A DNA stretch of 64,000 nt from Alkalispirochaeta sp. (GTDB taxonomy: Bacteria > Spirochaetota > Spirochaetia > DSM-27196 > Alkalispirochaetaceae). The notes beneath the pieces were generated by a model. That model made no database searches, had not been told where the DNA came from, and saw only the letters and a list, made by a program, of their open reading frames with translations. Below, piece by piece: positions 1-9,395 of this stretch (positions are counted from its first letter, which is position 1; each line of letters begins with the position of its first letter). Both the position numbers and the translations under genes were made by a program. The stretch is taken from contig CBDESZ010000012.1 of NCBI GenBank assembly GCA_965242725.1, positions 1-64,000 on the forward strand. Reading direction: 5' to 3'.

Positions 1-1190
1 TGACGAAGGGCGTTTTCCAGGAGGTTGGTGAGCGTCCGCTCGATAAGGGAAATATCCGCCTCCACCGGAAAGAGCTCCGGCGGCGCATCCATCGTGACGG
101 TAATGCCTCGCTCCTCGGCGGCGAGGGCGGACTGCATCACCACATCGTGACACAGCTCCGCCAGAGGAAAGACCTCCCGCTCCACCACGTTTCCGTCATG
201 TTCCAGACGGGAAAGTTCAAAGAGATCGTCCACGAGTCGTCCCAGAGCCTCACTTGAGGAGAGTGCGATGCGCAGATAGGAGCGACGGTCCGCGGCGGGC
301 AGCTCCTCATCCTTGTGGAGAACCGTCTCAACGTACCCCCGTATCGCGGAGAGAGGCGTCCTGAGATCGTGAGAGATGTTGGCCACCAGGTCCCGCCGCT
401 CCCGTTCAACACGCTCCAGCGTCTCCACGCCGGAGGCGATGCGCCGGGCCATTTCGTTGAAGCTTTCCGCGAGTTCGCCCACCTCGTCGGCGGAGGATAT
501 CTGTGCTCGGGCGTCATAGTCTCCCGCCCCAAAGGCGCGCACCGCGGCGGTGAGTCGTCGCAGCCTGAGGGTGAGCAGAAAGAAGACGAGCAGCCCCAGG
601 AGCGCCACCAGCGGCATGGACAAAAGAAGGGAATCACGAAAGGCGGTACGGAAGAACTCGTCCTCGATCTCCGCCTGGGCAGAATCGTAGAGACTGCTCC
701 GAAGGACCACGTACATATACCCGGTACCGCCGTAGAGCGTCGGCATCGGTGCGGCGGAAAAAGTAGTCGGTTCACCGGGACGACGCGGATCGTCACCAAA
801 GATGGGGAAATCCCCTTCCCCGGAGACAAAGGCGCGCACCGGCTCGAGATCGATTCGTTCCATTTGAACCTCTGCCGGGGTATCCGCAAAGTACGCCTCC
901 ACGGTGCCGGTATCGGAAATGAGATAGATCTCTATGAGGGGGTTCAGAACCATCATGTAGTGAATCGCAGATCCCAGCGCTTCCCGGGCGGCCACACCGT
1001 CCTCGCCGACATACGGTTCAATTTCCGCCGCCATATCGGCTGCGAGCATCGCATTGGCCCGCTGATTGATCTCGGCGCGCTGCCGGTCAAACACGTTTGA
1101 TCCAACCTGTCCCTGAATCACCGCGAGGAGGACAATAAGGGCGAGGAAGACAAGGGACAGACGGATATAGAAGCTCCTCAACACGGTCAC
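1..1190 (-). CDS. Sensor histidine kinase (TM-periplasmic-TM-HAMP-HisKA), 3' end runs off the window
   Basis: Manual translation from GTG 1190 gives VTVLRSFYIRLSLVFLALIVLLAVIQ..., with HAMP-like DEVGELAESFNEMA and H-box ANISHDLRTPL. The start overlaps the response regulator stop (GTGA). Absent from the ORF track because it is truncated. Confidence 0.9.
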   Translation of the reverse strand, partial: MTVLRSFYIRLSLVFLALIVLLAVIQGQVGSNVFDRQRAEINQRANAMLAADMAAEIEPYVGEDGVAAREALGSAIHYMMVLNPLIEIYLISDTGTVEAYFADTPAEVQMERIDLEPVRAFVSGEGDFPIFGDDPRRPGEPTTFSAAPMPTLYGGTGYMYVVLRSSLYDSAQAEIEDEFFRTAFRDSLLLSMPLVALLGLLVFFLLTLRLRRLTAAVRAFGAGDYDARAQISSADEVGELAESFNEMARRIASGVETLERVERERRDLVANISHDLRTPLSAIRGYVETVLHKDEELPAADRRSYLRIALSSSEALGRLVDDLFELSRLEHDGNVVEREVFPLAELCHDVVMQSALAAEERGITVTMDAPPELFPVEADISLIERTLTNLLENALR

Positions 1191-1952
1191 AGGTCCGTCC
1201 TCCCTTCCACGTTCTCGCCGGCACGCTCATCCCCGTCCGCACGGAGGCGGTACCCGTAGCCCCATACCGTCTCGATGTACCGCGGCGTCGTCGAGTCCTC
1301 TTCCAGTTTGGCCCGCAGGCGGTTGATATGACTGTTGACGGTGTGGTTGTAGCCGTCGTATCGGTACCCCCCACACCATATCGAGCAGTTCCGCCCGGCT
1401 GAAGGCTTTTCCCGGATGCTCCGCAAGGACCGAGAGGAGGGTGAACTCCTTTGAGGTGAGTTCAACGACCCGTCCGTCCACCGTCACCCGTCGATCACCC
1501 ATATCGATGTGAATCGGCCCCGCCACGCGGATATCGTCGTTCCCGTCGGGACCGTCACGTTCGCCGTAACCGCCTGCACGCCGCAGGAGCGCCCGCACCC
1601 GCGCAACGAGCTCCCGTACACTGAAAGGTTTTGTCAGATAATCGTCGGCGCCGACTTCCAGCCCGACGATCTTGTCCACTTCCGCCGAGCGTGCGGTCAA
1701 CATCAGGACGGGGACTGAAATCTCCCGCTCCCTGATGCGCCGACAAATGGACAGCCCGTCCGCGACGGGCAGCATAATGTCGAGAATTACCAGATCCGAT
1801 TCCGCCGCCCGATCCGCAATCTCCCCTTCGTCACCCTCGCTCACGACGGTGGACGCGTATCCCTGGTCATCCAGGTGCAACCGTATGAGATCAACGATTG
1901 CCGGATCATCTTCCACGATCAGGATCTGTCGGCGCCGGCCGGAATCGGTCAT
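1187..1952 (-). CDS. OmpR/PhoB-family response regulator, with a +1 frameshift in the C6 run at ~1367-1372
   Basis: REC domain (VEDD, LDIMLP, ADDYLTKPF) is in ORF 1227..1952. The winged-helix end (TVNSHINRLRAKLE..YIETVWGYGY) is in ORF 1187..1465. Removing one G from tgg-ggg-g-tac joins them. Confidence 0.9.
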
Positions 1953-2055
1953 ATCATAAACATAACCATAATCTGAGTAAATTTATAATTTTTTATATCG
2001 AACCATCCGGTTCCGTCGCGATTCCAACGCAGGCGGCGGGCTCGCTCCCGCATCG

Positions 2056-3015
2056 TCAGGACGATCTGAAGGATTCAACCATGACCGATGATCCTTCCTC
2101 AAAGGACGTCGTCGGAACATCAGGAAAGCGTCTTCGAAATGCGCCGTCATCCACGATGTAGGGATCGTCAAACTGGTAAAGCATCTCCATGAGTTCCCCC
2201 ACGGGGGTGACAAAGAGCCCCATGGCTTTCAGAAAGAGCCGGGGAGCCTGGCGGTACGAAAAGTCTGTATTCAGAAGCGTGTTGAAACGGCCGCAGACCT
2301 CCTCCATCGTGACCGCCTCGCTCACCGGCAGGTGCCACGCCGCGCCCCAGGCGTCATCGGCCCCTGCCAACGCAACAAGGGCAGGTCCTATATCGGGTAC
2401 GTAGGTATAGGTGTGGGGCACCTCCGGAGGAGCCAGACCCATCGGCGCTTTGCCGGCAACCATCCGCTCCAGAAAAGAAATATAGAGGGCGCTGTTCTGC
2501 ACCCCGGGCCCGTAAAAGTCCGCCGCCCGCCCGATGACGGCGCGCACCCGTCCCTGCCGGTGTGCATCGAGGGCCATGGCCGCGATCTCTTTGCGGACCT
2601 CCCCCTTCCGGGAAGGTGGTTCCTGGGGGTGGGATTCGTCAAAGGGGCGGGAGAGCGGCCGGGGCCCGTACATGTACACGTTATCCAGGAAGACCAGGAG
2701 CGCCCCGGCCGCCTCGCACCCGGCTATGACGTTTCCCATCACGAGCGGCCACTCCCGCCGCCAGACTTTCACGTCATAGGGAAGACCGACACAGAGATAG
2801 ACGTGGGTACAGTCCGCAACTCCCCGGGTTGTCGCCTCCCGGTCGCGCAAATCGATCCGGCGGTAGGTAACCGCCTCGCCCCATTCGCCCGCATCCCGCC
2901 GTCCGGCGGTGACGATTTCGGCGTCCAGGCCGGACGCCACCTTCTCCTGCAACGCCGCAACTACCGATCTCCCCGCCGGCCCGGCGGCGCCAAGTACGAT
3001 ATGTCGTTCCTTCAT
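2056..3015 (-). CDS. NAD-dependent epimerase/dehydratase family protein
   Basis: N-terminal Rossmann VLGAAGPAG, DNVYMYG and ADFYGP motifs. Confidence 0.85.
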   Translation of the reverse strand: MKERHIVLGAAGPAGRSVVAALQEKVASGLDAEIVTAGRRDAGEWGEAVTYRRIDLRDREATTRGVADCTHVYLCVGLPYDVKVWRREWPLVMGNVIAGCEAAGALLVFLDNVYMYGPRPLSRPFDESHPQEPPSRKGEVRKEIAAMALDAHRQGRVRAVIGRAADFYGPGVQNSALYISFLERMVAGKAPMGLAPPEVPHTYTYVPDIGPALVALAGADDAWGAAWHLPVSEAVTMEEVCGRFNTLLNTDFSYRQAPRLFLKAMGLFVTPVGELMEMLYQFDDPYIVDDGAFRRRFPDVPTTSFEEGSSVMVESFRSS

Positions 3016-3467
3016 TGTATCTCTCCATTGGTATCGAGTTCGGCAAGAATCCTGCGTACGTCCCCGTCAAAACGGGAGGTGTCGTCCACCGCACCACGTA
3101 CCAGCTCCATAAAGGCGCGTTCCAGGACCTCTCCCAGTGCCTGTATCCGTTCAATTCCCGCCTGAGTGATCGAGACGAGCCGCCGCCGCCCGTGGTTCGG
3201 ATCGTTCTCGATTTCTACATATCCGGCGGCGGCGAGCTCCACAAGCATGCGGCTCACCACGGGGTCGGACACGCCCATCGCCTGCGCGAGGCCATGCTGC
3301 GTCTGCCGCCCCACCTGCCTGAGGGTATCCAGCAGCTGAAAGCGACTGAAGGTGAGGTCGGTGGTGCGGCGTATATAGGCATCGGCGGACTTGTTCATCC
3401 GTTGCACCACTCTGTTTATGACGCTTGAGAGCGGTTCATCTCGACACGTTCTATCGCTTCCTGTCAT
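3012..3467 (-). CDS. MarR-family transcriptional regulator
   Basis: 151 aa; LTFSRFQLL, winged HTH and DPNHGRRRLVSIT wing motif. Confidence 0.9.
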   Translation of the reverse strand: MTGSDRTCRDEPLSSVINRVVQRMNKSADAYIRRTTDLTFSRFQLLDTLRQVGRQTQHGLAQAMGVSDPVVSRMLVELAAAGYVEIENDPNHGRRRLVSITQAGIERIQALGEVLERAFMELVRGAVDDTSRFDGDVRRILAELDTNGEIQ

Positions 3468-3473
3468 GGTGTT

Positions 3474-3502
3474 GTTTTATCATGCTAATATTAGCATGTC
3501 AA
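3474..3502 (-). promoter_or_regulatory. sigma70 promoter TTGACA-17-TAAAAC carrying the 18-bp perfect palindrome CATGCTAATATTAGCATG (3481-3498), a putative MarR operator
   Basis: Read directly from sequence. The palindrome fills the spacer and overlaps the -35, immediately upstream of marR. Confidence 0.7.
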
Positions 3503-3662
3503 CATCTTTGACGTATTCACAAGATTGTTGATATTCGGCGACAATGTGTTTCCTGGACTGCACTTTGTTTCCCGAGGAAGGGCCACTTGATGCAATTCCC
3601 CGTGATGTCGGTATTTGCAGTGAAAAAACAACAGGCTTCTGAATACTACAAAGGGATCGCCG

Positions 3663-5069
3663 ATGCAGAAAACTGAACAGAACAGACAGCGCCTACTTGA
3701 AGGGCCGGTGGGAAAAACCCTCTTCCGCCTCGCCGTACCGATGGTATTCGGAATCCTCAGCATGGTTGCCTACAACCTCGCCGACACCTTTTTCGTCGGA
3801 CAATTGGGACGCGACCAGCTTGCTGCATTGAGCTTCACCTTTCCGGTAGTCCTGACGATCGGAAGCATCGCCCAGGGTATCGGAATGGGTACGTCTGCGG
3901 CAGTCTCCCGGGCGGTGGGAGCCGGCGACTACGATCGTGTCCGACGCCTCACCGAGGACAGCCTCGTCCTGGGACTGCTGGTGGTCGTCCTCTTCGCCGC
4001 GGCGGGACTCGCCACGATCAGGCCCCTCTTCTCCCTCCTGGGCGCGAGAGGAATCATCCTTGAGTATATATACGAGTACATGTCGGTCTGGTATGTCGGA
4101 ATGATATTTGTCGTGGTGCCCATGGTGGGAAACAACATCATTCGCGCCACCGGAGACTCCCGGACGCCCGGTGCGGTGATGATGATCGGCGCCCTTGTCA
4201 ACGTCGTCCTCGATCCGATCCTCATCTTCGGCCTCGGGCCCGTCCCCGCCTTCGGTATTCGGGGCGCGGCGACGGCAACGCTTATGGGACGGGGATTCAC
4301 CTTCATTGTCGCCATGTACGTCCTGATCGTCAGGGAGAAACTCCTCGTCATTCGGCGCCGCCCCGTTCCCGCCGTTATCGCTTCATGGGCGGAAATCCTC
4401 CACGTCGGTGTACCGACCGCCGCCGCCCGCATGATCATACCCGTCGGACAGGGCTTCATCACCCATGTCGTTGCAACATATGGAGCCGCCGCCGTCGCCG
4501 GCTATGGCGTCGCCACGCGGGTCGAATTTTTTTCTCTCGCGGCGATGAACGCCCTCTCTTCAGTAATTCCCGCATTTATCGGCCAGAATCTCGGGGCGGG
4601 TCAGCTTGACCGCGTCGAAAAGGGATTTACCGCGAGCAGACGATTCGCCTTTGTCGTTGGCGGTATCTTCTGTGCGATATTTCTCCTCCTGGCCCCACAT
4701 GTCGCGGCGCTCTTTAACGATGATCCCCGCGTTGTGAGTACCGCCGCGTTGTACCTGCGGGTCGTCTCAGTCTCCTATGGAGCCCAGGGCCTCTATCTGG
4801 TGATAAGCGCCGGTCTTAACGTTCTCAAACGCCCCCTCACCGCCGCCGGACTGGGTATGACGGAGATCTTTGTCCTGATCGTTCCCCTCGTATTTCTCGG
4901 CTCCCGCCTGTTCGGGCTCGTCGGGGTCGTCATCGCCATCGCCTTCAGTTACGCCGCTACCGGCGGGGCGTCGTGGTTCACGGTTAAAAGAGTTCTTGAC
5001 AATAGACGCCGGGACGGGAAAACAGATGCGAAACCTGATGCGGTGTTGCATAAAAATACAAACACATAG
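3663..5069 (+). CDS. MATE family efflux transporter
   Basis: About 12 TM segments; YNLADTFFVGQLG, RATGDSRTP and NVVLDPILIFG motifs. Confidence 0.93.
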   Translation: MQKTEQNRQRLLEGPVGKTLFRLAVPMVFGILSMVAYNLADTFFVGQLGRDQLAALSFTFPVVLTIGSIAQGIGMGTSAAVSRAVGAGDYDRVRRLTEDSLVLGLLVVVLFAAAGLATIRPLFSLLGARGIILEYIYEYMSVWYVGMIFVVVPMVGNNIIRATGDSRTPGAVMMIGALVNVVLDPILIFGLGPVPAFGIRGAATATLMGRGFTFIVAMYVLIVREKLLVIRRRPVPAVIASWAEILHVGVPTAAARMIIPVGQGFITHVVATYGAAAVAGYGVATRVEFFSLAAMNALSSVIPAFIGQNLGAGQLDRVEKGFTASRRFAFVVGGIFCAIFLLLAPHVAALFNDDPRVVSTAALYLRVVSVSYGAQGLYLVISAGLNVLKRPLTAAGLGMTEIFVLIVPLVFLGSRLFGLVGVVIAIAFSYAATGGASWFTVKRVLDNRRRDGKTDAKPDAVLHKNTNT

Positions 5070-5170
5070 GAATGACCTTTTTCATGCATCACCCCTCATA
5101 ACGCCGCCTCGGCCGGTCACCCGGCCCGAGGAGGGGTACGGTCTCCCGAAACCGGTAACCCGCACAGCTA

Positions 5171-6469
5171 TTACTGCTGCAGCCCGCCATATTCAAGCAG
5201 CGCCGTTGCGGTTGCCTGTCCTTCCACTGTATCGCCGTTCGACAGCGTGAGGTCCCAGCTCACCGTGTAGCTTCCGCTTCCCTGATCGGTGATGGCGACC
5301 GTACCGGTTGTTGCCTGATAATAGGTATCGTACGTCCCGCTTCCTGCTTCCAGGTCCTGGAGTGGGTTTTCAGTAATCAGGACACTGAAATCCGGAGGGC
5401 TGCTATGGACGGCGTCGGACCCCATATAGATCGCACCCATTCTCGGGCCGTCGCCGGTGCTTCCTCCCGTGTCCAGTTGGTAGTTGCCGTCAGGAGGCAC
5501 CGGCGATGGGTTTGTGTGCCAGACGCCAAAGGTAATATACAGCTCCGCCGTGGGGGGTGTCGCGTTGGTGTCGGCGCCCTGAGTGATAATAATTTCGGTG
5601 TCATATTCGAAGTTGGGGTCGGTTCCCTGCTGGTCAATATTTTCAAAGGTGATACTCGGCGAAACGAGCTTCACCGTGTCGTCGACGATGAGCCATTGCA
5701 GCCCCGTCGGCACGCTGTCGTCGACGTAGGTGATGTCGTAAACCTGCCCGAAGAGTCCCGAACCGAGTTCCCCGTTGACCACAATATCGTTCCACCCGGC
5801 TTCAAGAGAGACAGTAGAGAACTGTGCGCTTCCTTCGCCGTCGGTGCTTGAACCGGATAGCGTCGTCGCCTCCGACGCATAGATGTACTGGACGTAGGTA
5901 ATCGTTCCGTTGCTTTCCCTGTTTGCAAGGGAGAGACTCAGTCCGTCATCCTCGGACGTTCCCGCTCCGAAATAGGCGAGTTCAAATCGCGCATCGCCGT
6001 TGCTGGAGGATATTCCTGCACCGAATGCATCCGTTGCGGTGAGAAGCTCCGATGCGTCCGGAACCGGAAGTGTAAATGAAAAATCGTCATCGCTGTCTAC
6101 GAGATTCTGCTCCGTCGACGGAAGCCAGGTGGCACTTTCGCTCTCCGATTCAACGCCAACATAATAGGTGCCCGCCGGTTGTCCTTGAATGGAATCGGGG
6201 GAATAGGTCGCAACATCACCGGTATAGGGATCGACGATTCCCTGAACGGAGCCGCTCACATCAATGGCCGTACCACCGCCGGTGGTACTGTCGTTGTTCG
6301 GGTCGTCGTTTGTTTCGTCACCGCCATCGGGATTATTCTGCTCACCCGTCGTCTCATCGGCCAATGCGATATTCTCACATCCCACTGCGAGCACGGACAG
6401 TAATACCAATCCGATCATTGCGAGCATCTGCCCGACACCGTTCCAGCGACCACGTTTCTTTTTTTTCAC
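5171..6469 (-). CDS. Hypothetical acidic Ser/Thr/Gly-rich surface lipoprotein
   Basis: Basic N-terminus, hydrophobic stretch, lipobox LAVG-C, acidic linker and beta-rich domains. Confidence 0.7.
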   Translation of the reverse strand: MKKKKRGRWNGVGQMLAMIGLVLLSVLAVGCENIALADETTGEQNNPDGGDETNDDPNNDSTTGGGTAIDVSGSVQGIVDPYTGDVATYSPDSIQGQPAGTYYVGVESESESATWLPSTEQNLVDSDDDFSFTLPVPDASELLTATDAFGAGISSSNGDARFELAYFGAGTSEDDGLSLSLANRESNGTITYVQYIYASEATTLSGSSTDGEGSAQFSTVSLEAGWNDIVVNGELGSGLFGQVYDITYVDDSVPTGLQWLIVDDTVKLVSPSITFENIDQQGTDPNFEYDTEIIITQGADTNATPPTAELYITFGVWHTNPSPVPPDGNYQLDTGGSTGDGPRMGAIYMGSDAVHSSPPDFSVLITENPLQDLEAGSGTYDTYYQATTGTVAITDQGSGSYTVSWDLTLSNGDTVEGQATATALLEYGGLQQ

Positions 6470-6716
6470 CTGATACCTCCTGTTTGTACGGGAACGAAAT
6501 GCTCCCGATCGGTTTCGGCTCGTTGTCAGGCAATGGACCGATTACACAGTGAACATAAACCTTTAATAGATTACTAATTTTATCATGTATTGAAAAGTCT
6601 CCCAAATTGGAGCAGCAGTTGATTTGCGGAAGAATAACTCCGATTACACAACAACGAGTGTTCCATACCTTCCATACCGGATCGCGTACGCGAAAATCGG
6701 CTCGTTAACACGAATA

Positions 6717-6745
6717 TTGACAAAAAGAACAGAGAACCGTACGAT
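6717..6745 (+). promoter_or_regulatory. sigma70 promoter of tRNA-Ala (TTGACA-17-TACGAT)
   Basis: Perfect -35, 17-bp spacer, ~50 bp upstream of the tRNA. Confidence 0.7.
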
Positions 6746-6797
6746 ATGGGTAACAACAAAGCAGGAAATGTTGCAAGTTGTTACGTAATAAGCATTT

Positions 6798-6871
6798 GGG
6801 GAATTAGCTCAGTTGGCTAGAGCGGTTGGTTCGCAATCAACAGGTCACCGGTTCGAATCCGGTATTCTCCA
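6798..6871 (+). tRNA. tRNA-Ala(CGC), CCA not encoded
   Basis: Acceptor stem GGGGAAT/ATTCTCC with the G3:U70 Ala determinant; anticodon arm GTTGG-TT-CGC-AA-TCAAC; T-loop GTTCGAATC. Confidence 0.96.
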
Positions 6872-6873
6872 TC

Positions 6874-6909
6874 GCCCTGGAAGGTCATACGCCTCCAGGG
6901 CTTTTTTTT
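6874..6909 (+). terminator. Rho-independent terminator after the tRNA
   Basis: GCCCTGGA...TCCAGGGC stem followed by T8. Confidence 0.85.
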
Positions 6910-6986
6910 GCCGGTGTCGTCCGATGTCCGGGAACCGTGGTGCGATACTGAAGACCCTCGCGATTGTTGCGTCCGCCGAAGGACGT

Positions 6987-7610
6987 TCAGGATATCCGGC
7001 GGATCTCGCCTGCCACGGCGTCTGCCAGGAGGGGTAACTGGTCTGCATCAAAATGAATTCCGTCGACGTCGCTTGAACGTATGACCGTGGCGGTATCCAG
7101 AAATCGGCAGGAGCGTTCTTCCGCGACGAGGCGGTAGGCTTCACCAATCCCCTGTGATTTGTCCTCCGCACCGGCGAAGATTTCGGCAAACTCAGTCAGC
7201 TTGGCCACCGGCGGCGGCGCGAGAAGCAGGACCTCAGGCGAAGCGCCGCCGGGACCGTACTCGCTTGTCTGTATGGTCTGTATCAGCCGACCCACCGAGC
7301 GGGCGATTTCCTCGGCCCCCTCGCCGAAGCGTCGCTTGAGGTTGTTCGTACCCAGCATGAGGACGACGATATCAACAGGTTTGTGGCTTTCCAGACAGGG
7401 GACGAGATAGGTCATACCGTTCTTCTGCCCTTCCACCGGGTCATCGTGGACGGTGGTTCTGCCGTTCTGACCCTCTTCTATGACCTCGTACCCGTCACCC
7501 AGGTTGTGTTGGAGCAGTCGTGTCCACCGTTCGGTACGGTTATACCGCTCCTTTGTGTTCGGGTTGTATCCCCAGGTATTGGAGTCGCCGTAGCACAGGA
7601 CCGTTTTCAT
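6987..7610 (-). CDS. SGNH/GDSL hydrolase (arylesterase-like)
   Basis: CYGDSNTWG block I, GQNGRTT, LGTNN and DGIH; start MKTVL at 7610. Confidence 0.92.
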   Translation of the reverse strand: MKTVLCYGDSNTWGYNPNTKERYNRTERWTRLLQHNLGDGYEVIEEGQNGRTTVHDDPVEGQKNGMTYLVPCLESHKPVDIVVLMLGTNNLKRRFGEGAEEIARSVGRLIQTIQTSEYGPGGASPEVLLLAPPPVAKLTEFAEIFAGAEDKSQGIGEAYRLVAEERSCRFLDTATVIRSSDVDGIHFDADQLPLLADAVAGEIRRIS

Positions 7611-7611
7611 A

Positions 7612-8421
7612 TTACATCCCTCCTCGAAGCAGTTGGCGATACAGGTTTTGTCGCCGGTATAGGGTGTCATAGGGCGCCTTGAAGGCGTTTTCCAGACTCC
7701 TTCGTTCCAGAAGCGTATCGGCAGATCCCGATTCTACGACGCCGTCCTGATGCATGAGAATCACTGCGTCGGCGTACCGCCGGGCGAGCTCCACATCGTG
7801 GACACTGACATATATATCCATGGATCGACGCCGACAGTACTCCCTGAGCCATTGAAAGAGCCGCTCCGTTCGTGCCGGTTCCACGGCAAAGACCGGTTCG
7901 TCCATCATCACTACAGGCGACCCATAAAGGACGCTCATGGCAACAATTGCCCGCTGCATCTCCCCTTTGCTCAGTTCATGCATCGGGGAGGTGAGGCGAT
8001 CTGAAAGCTCCGCCGCTTCGATGATACCGCGATCCGCTCCGTCCCTCGCTATCAGATCAAAGACGGTACCGATCGCCTCGTCAGTCTCAAATTCCATATT
8101 CTGATAGATGAACGAAATCAGGCTGTTCCGCCGTTCTTCAACCTCGGAATCAAAGCCTGCGTCCATAAACCGGCGGGAGTCGTCACCGCCGATGGTCACC
8201 GATCCGCTCTGCGGGAAGACACGCGCTGCCGCGAGGAGCATGAGGGTGCTCTTGCCGATACCGTTGGGTCCGACGAGGAAGGTGAATCCTCCCGGGAGCC
8301 TTAGATTCAATGCGGAAAAGACCGCCGGCCCGGCGCCCTCGGACGTCTCCTCGCCCGTCGCATCTTCATCGACCTCACCGGGATACGCAAACGAGACGTC
8401 GCGAAATGTTATGTCAGTCAT
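7612..8421 (-). CDS. ABC transporter ATP-binding protein (no adjacent permease)
   Basis: Walker A GPNGIGKST, signature LSKGEMQR, Walker B MMDEP, H-loop VHD. Confidence 0.88.
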   Translation of the reverse strand: MTDITFRDVSFAYPGEVDEDATGEETSEGAGPAVFSALNLRLPGGFTFLVGPNGIGKSTLMLLAAARVFPQSGSVTIGGDDSRRFMDAGFDSEVEERRNSLISFIYQNMEFETDEAIGTVFDLIARDGADRGIIEAAELSDRLTSPMHELSKGEMQRAIVAMSVLYGSPVVMMDEPVFAVEPARTERLFQWLREYCRRRSMDIYVSVHDVELARRYADAVILMHQDGVVESGSADTLLERRSLENAFKAPYDTLYRRQNLYRQLLRGGM

Positions 8422-9395
8422 GCTATTCCTTTCCGCCGGGAGAGATATGCGTCGATTGTATTCATCGGTGGCCGTTCCTCTTCCACGATCCGGTGTTCCA
8501 CCGTCTCAAAGACCTGGTCGCTCACCTGAAACTGCCGCAGGACGGTGGACATGTCGGGAAGCTCACCAATGATACCGAGCTTTTCAGCCCGGGAAAGAAA
8601 GGTCTGGAGGATTCCAAATGCCATCTTTCCCAGGCTGCGGGTCGGTTGATTGCGGTGAACCCGCTGGTCCAGGTCGGTCTGGCCGAAGGCTTTCATTCCA
8701 TAGAGGGTGTATACATCGATGAGGTGGCTCGTCTCCACCCCATATCCTATGGGGAAGGGAATCTGTTCAAGGACCGTTCTGCGGACGGCATACTCACCTG
8801 ACAATGGTTGAATGATCGCGGTGAGCTCGGGAAAGAAGAGCGAGAAGAGAGGTCTGATGAGAATTTCCGTCACCCTTCCGCCGCCGCTGGGACGCATCCC
8901 GTGGCTGAAGGCGAGGGGCCGGTCATAGAACGCCTTCACGTACTGCATTTCCCGGTTGTAAATAAGGGGGGCGACGAGGCCGTAGACAAATCGGGGGTGG
9001 ATGTTTTTGATATCGGCGTCGATGTAGACGATAATATCCCCGGTCAACTGATAAATCGCCTTCCAGAGATTTTCCCCTTTTCCCCGTTTCGGTTCGACTT
9101 CCGGCAGAATTTCCTCGGCGAGATAGGTGTCGGCGCCGAAGCTGGCGGCGATTTCAAGCGTCTTGTCTGTGCTTCCCGAGTCAATGACGGCAAGTTCGTC
9201 CACGAGGGGGTAGCGCTTCATCAGCTCGCTGCGAAAAATGACAACCTCTTTGCCGATCGTCTTTTCCTCGTTGAGGGTGGGAATGCAGAGGGATATTCTG
9301 AGCCCTTCCTTCTCCTTGGCCTCAACCAGGCTGCGGAGATCCCGGAACGCCGAATGATGAAAGGTATGGGTCTTGAGCCACTGGTTAAGTTCCAT
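8418..9395 (-). CDS. gpgS: Glucosyl-3-phosphoglycerate synthase (GT81-like)
   Basis: IPTLNEE, DSGSTD, GKGENLW, DADI, GGGRVTE, QPLSGEYA, GYGVE and HRNQ motifs typical of GpgS. Confidence 0.88.
   Translation of the reverse strand: MELNQWLKTHTFHHSAFRDLRSLVEAKEKEGLRISLCIPTLNEEKTIGKEVVIFRSELMKRYPLVDELAVIDSGSTDKTLEIAASFGADTYLAEEILPEVEPKRGKGENLWKAIYQLTGDIIVYIDADIKNIHPRFVYGLVAPLIYNREMQYVKAFYDRPLAFSHGMRPSGGGRVTEILIRPLFSLFFPELTAIIQPLSGEYAVRRTVLEQIPFPIGYGVETSHLIDVYTLYGMKAFGQTDLDQRVHRNQPTRSLGKMAFGILQTFLSRAEKLGIIGELPDMSTVLRQFQVSDQVFETVEHRIVEEERPPMNTIDAYLSRRKGIA

Noticed and set aside
6798..6871. tRNA-Ala as an island integration site
   Set aside because: No duplicated tRNA 3' end or integrase was seen, and the terminator follows directly.
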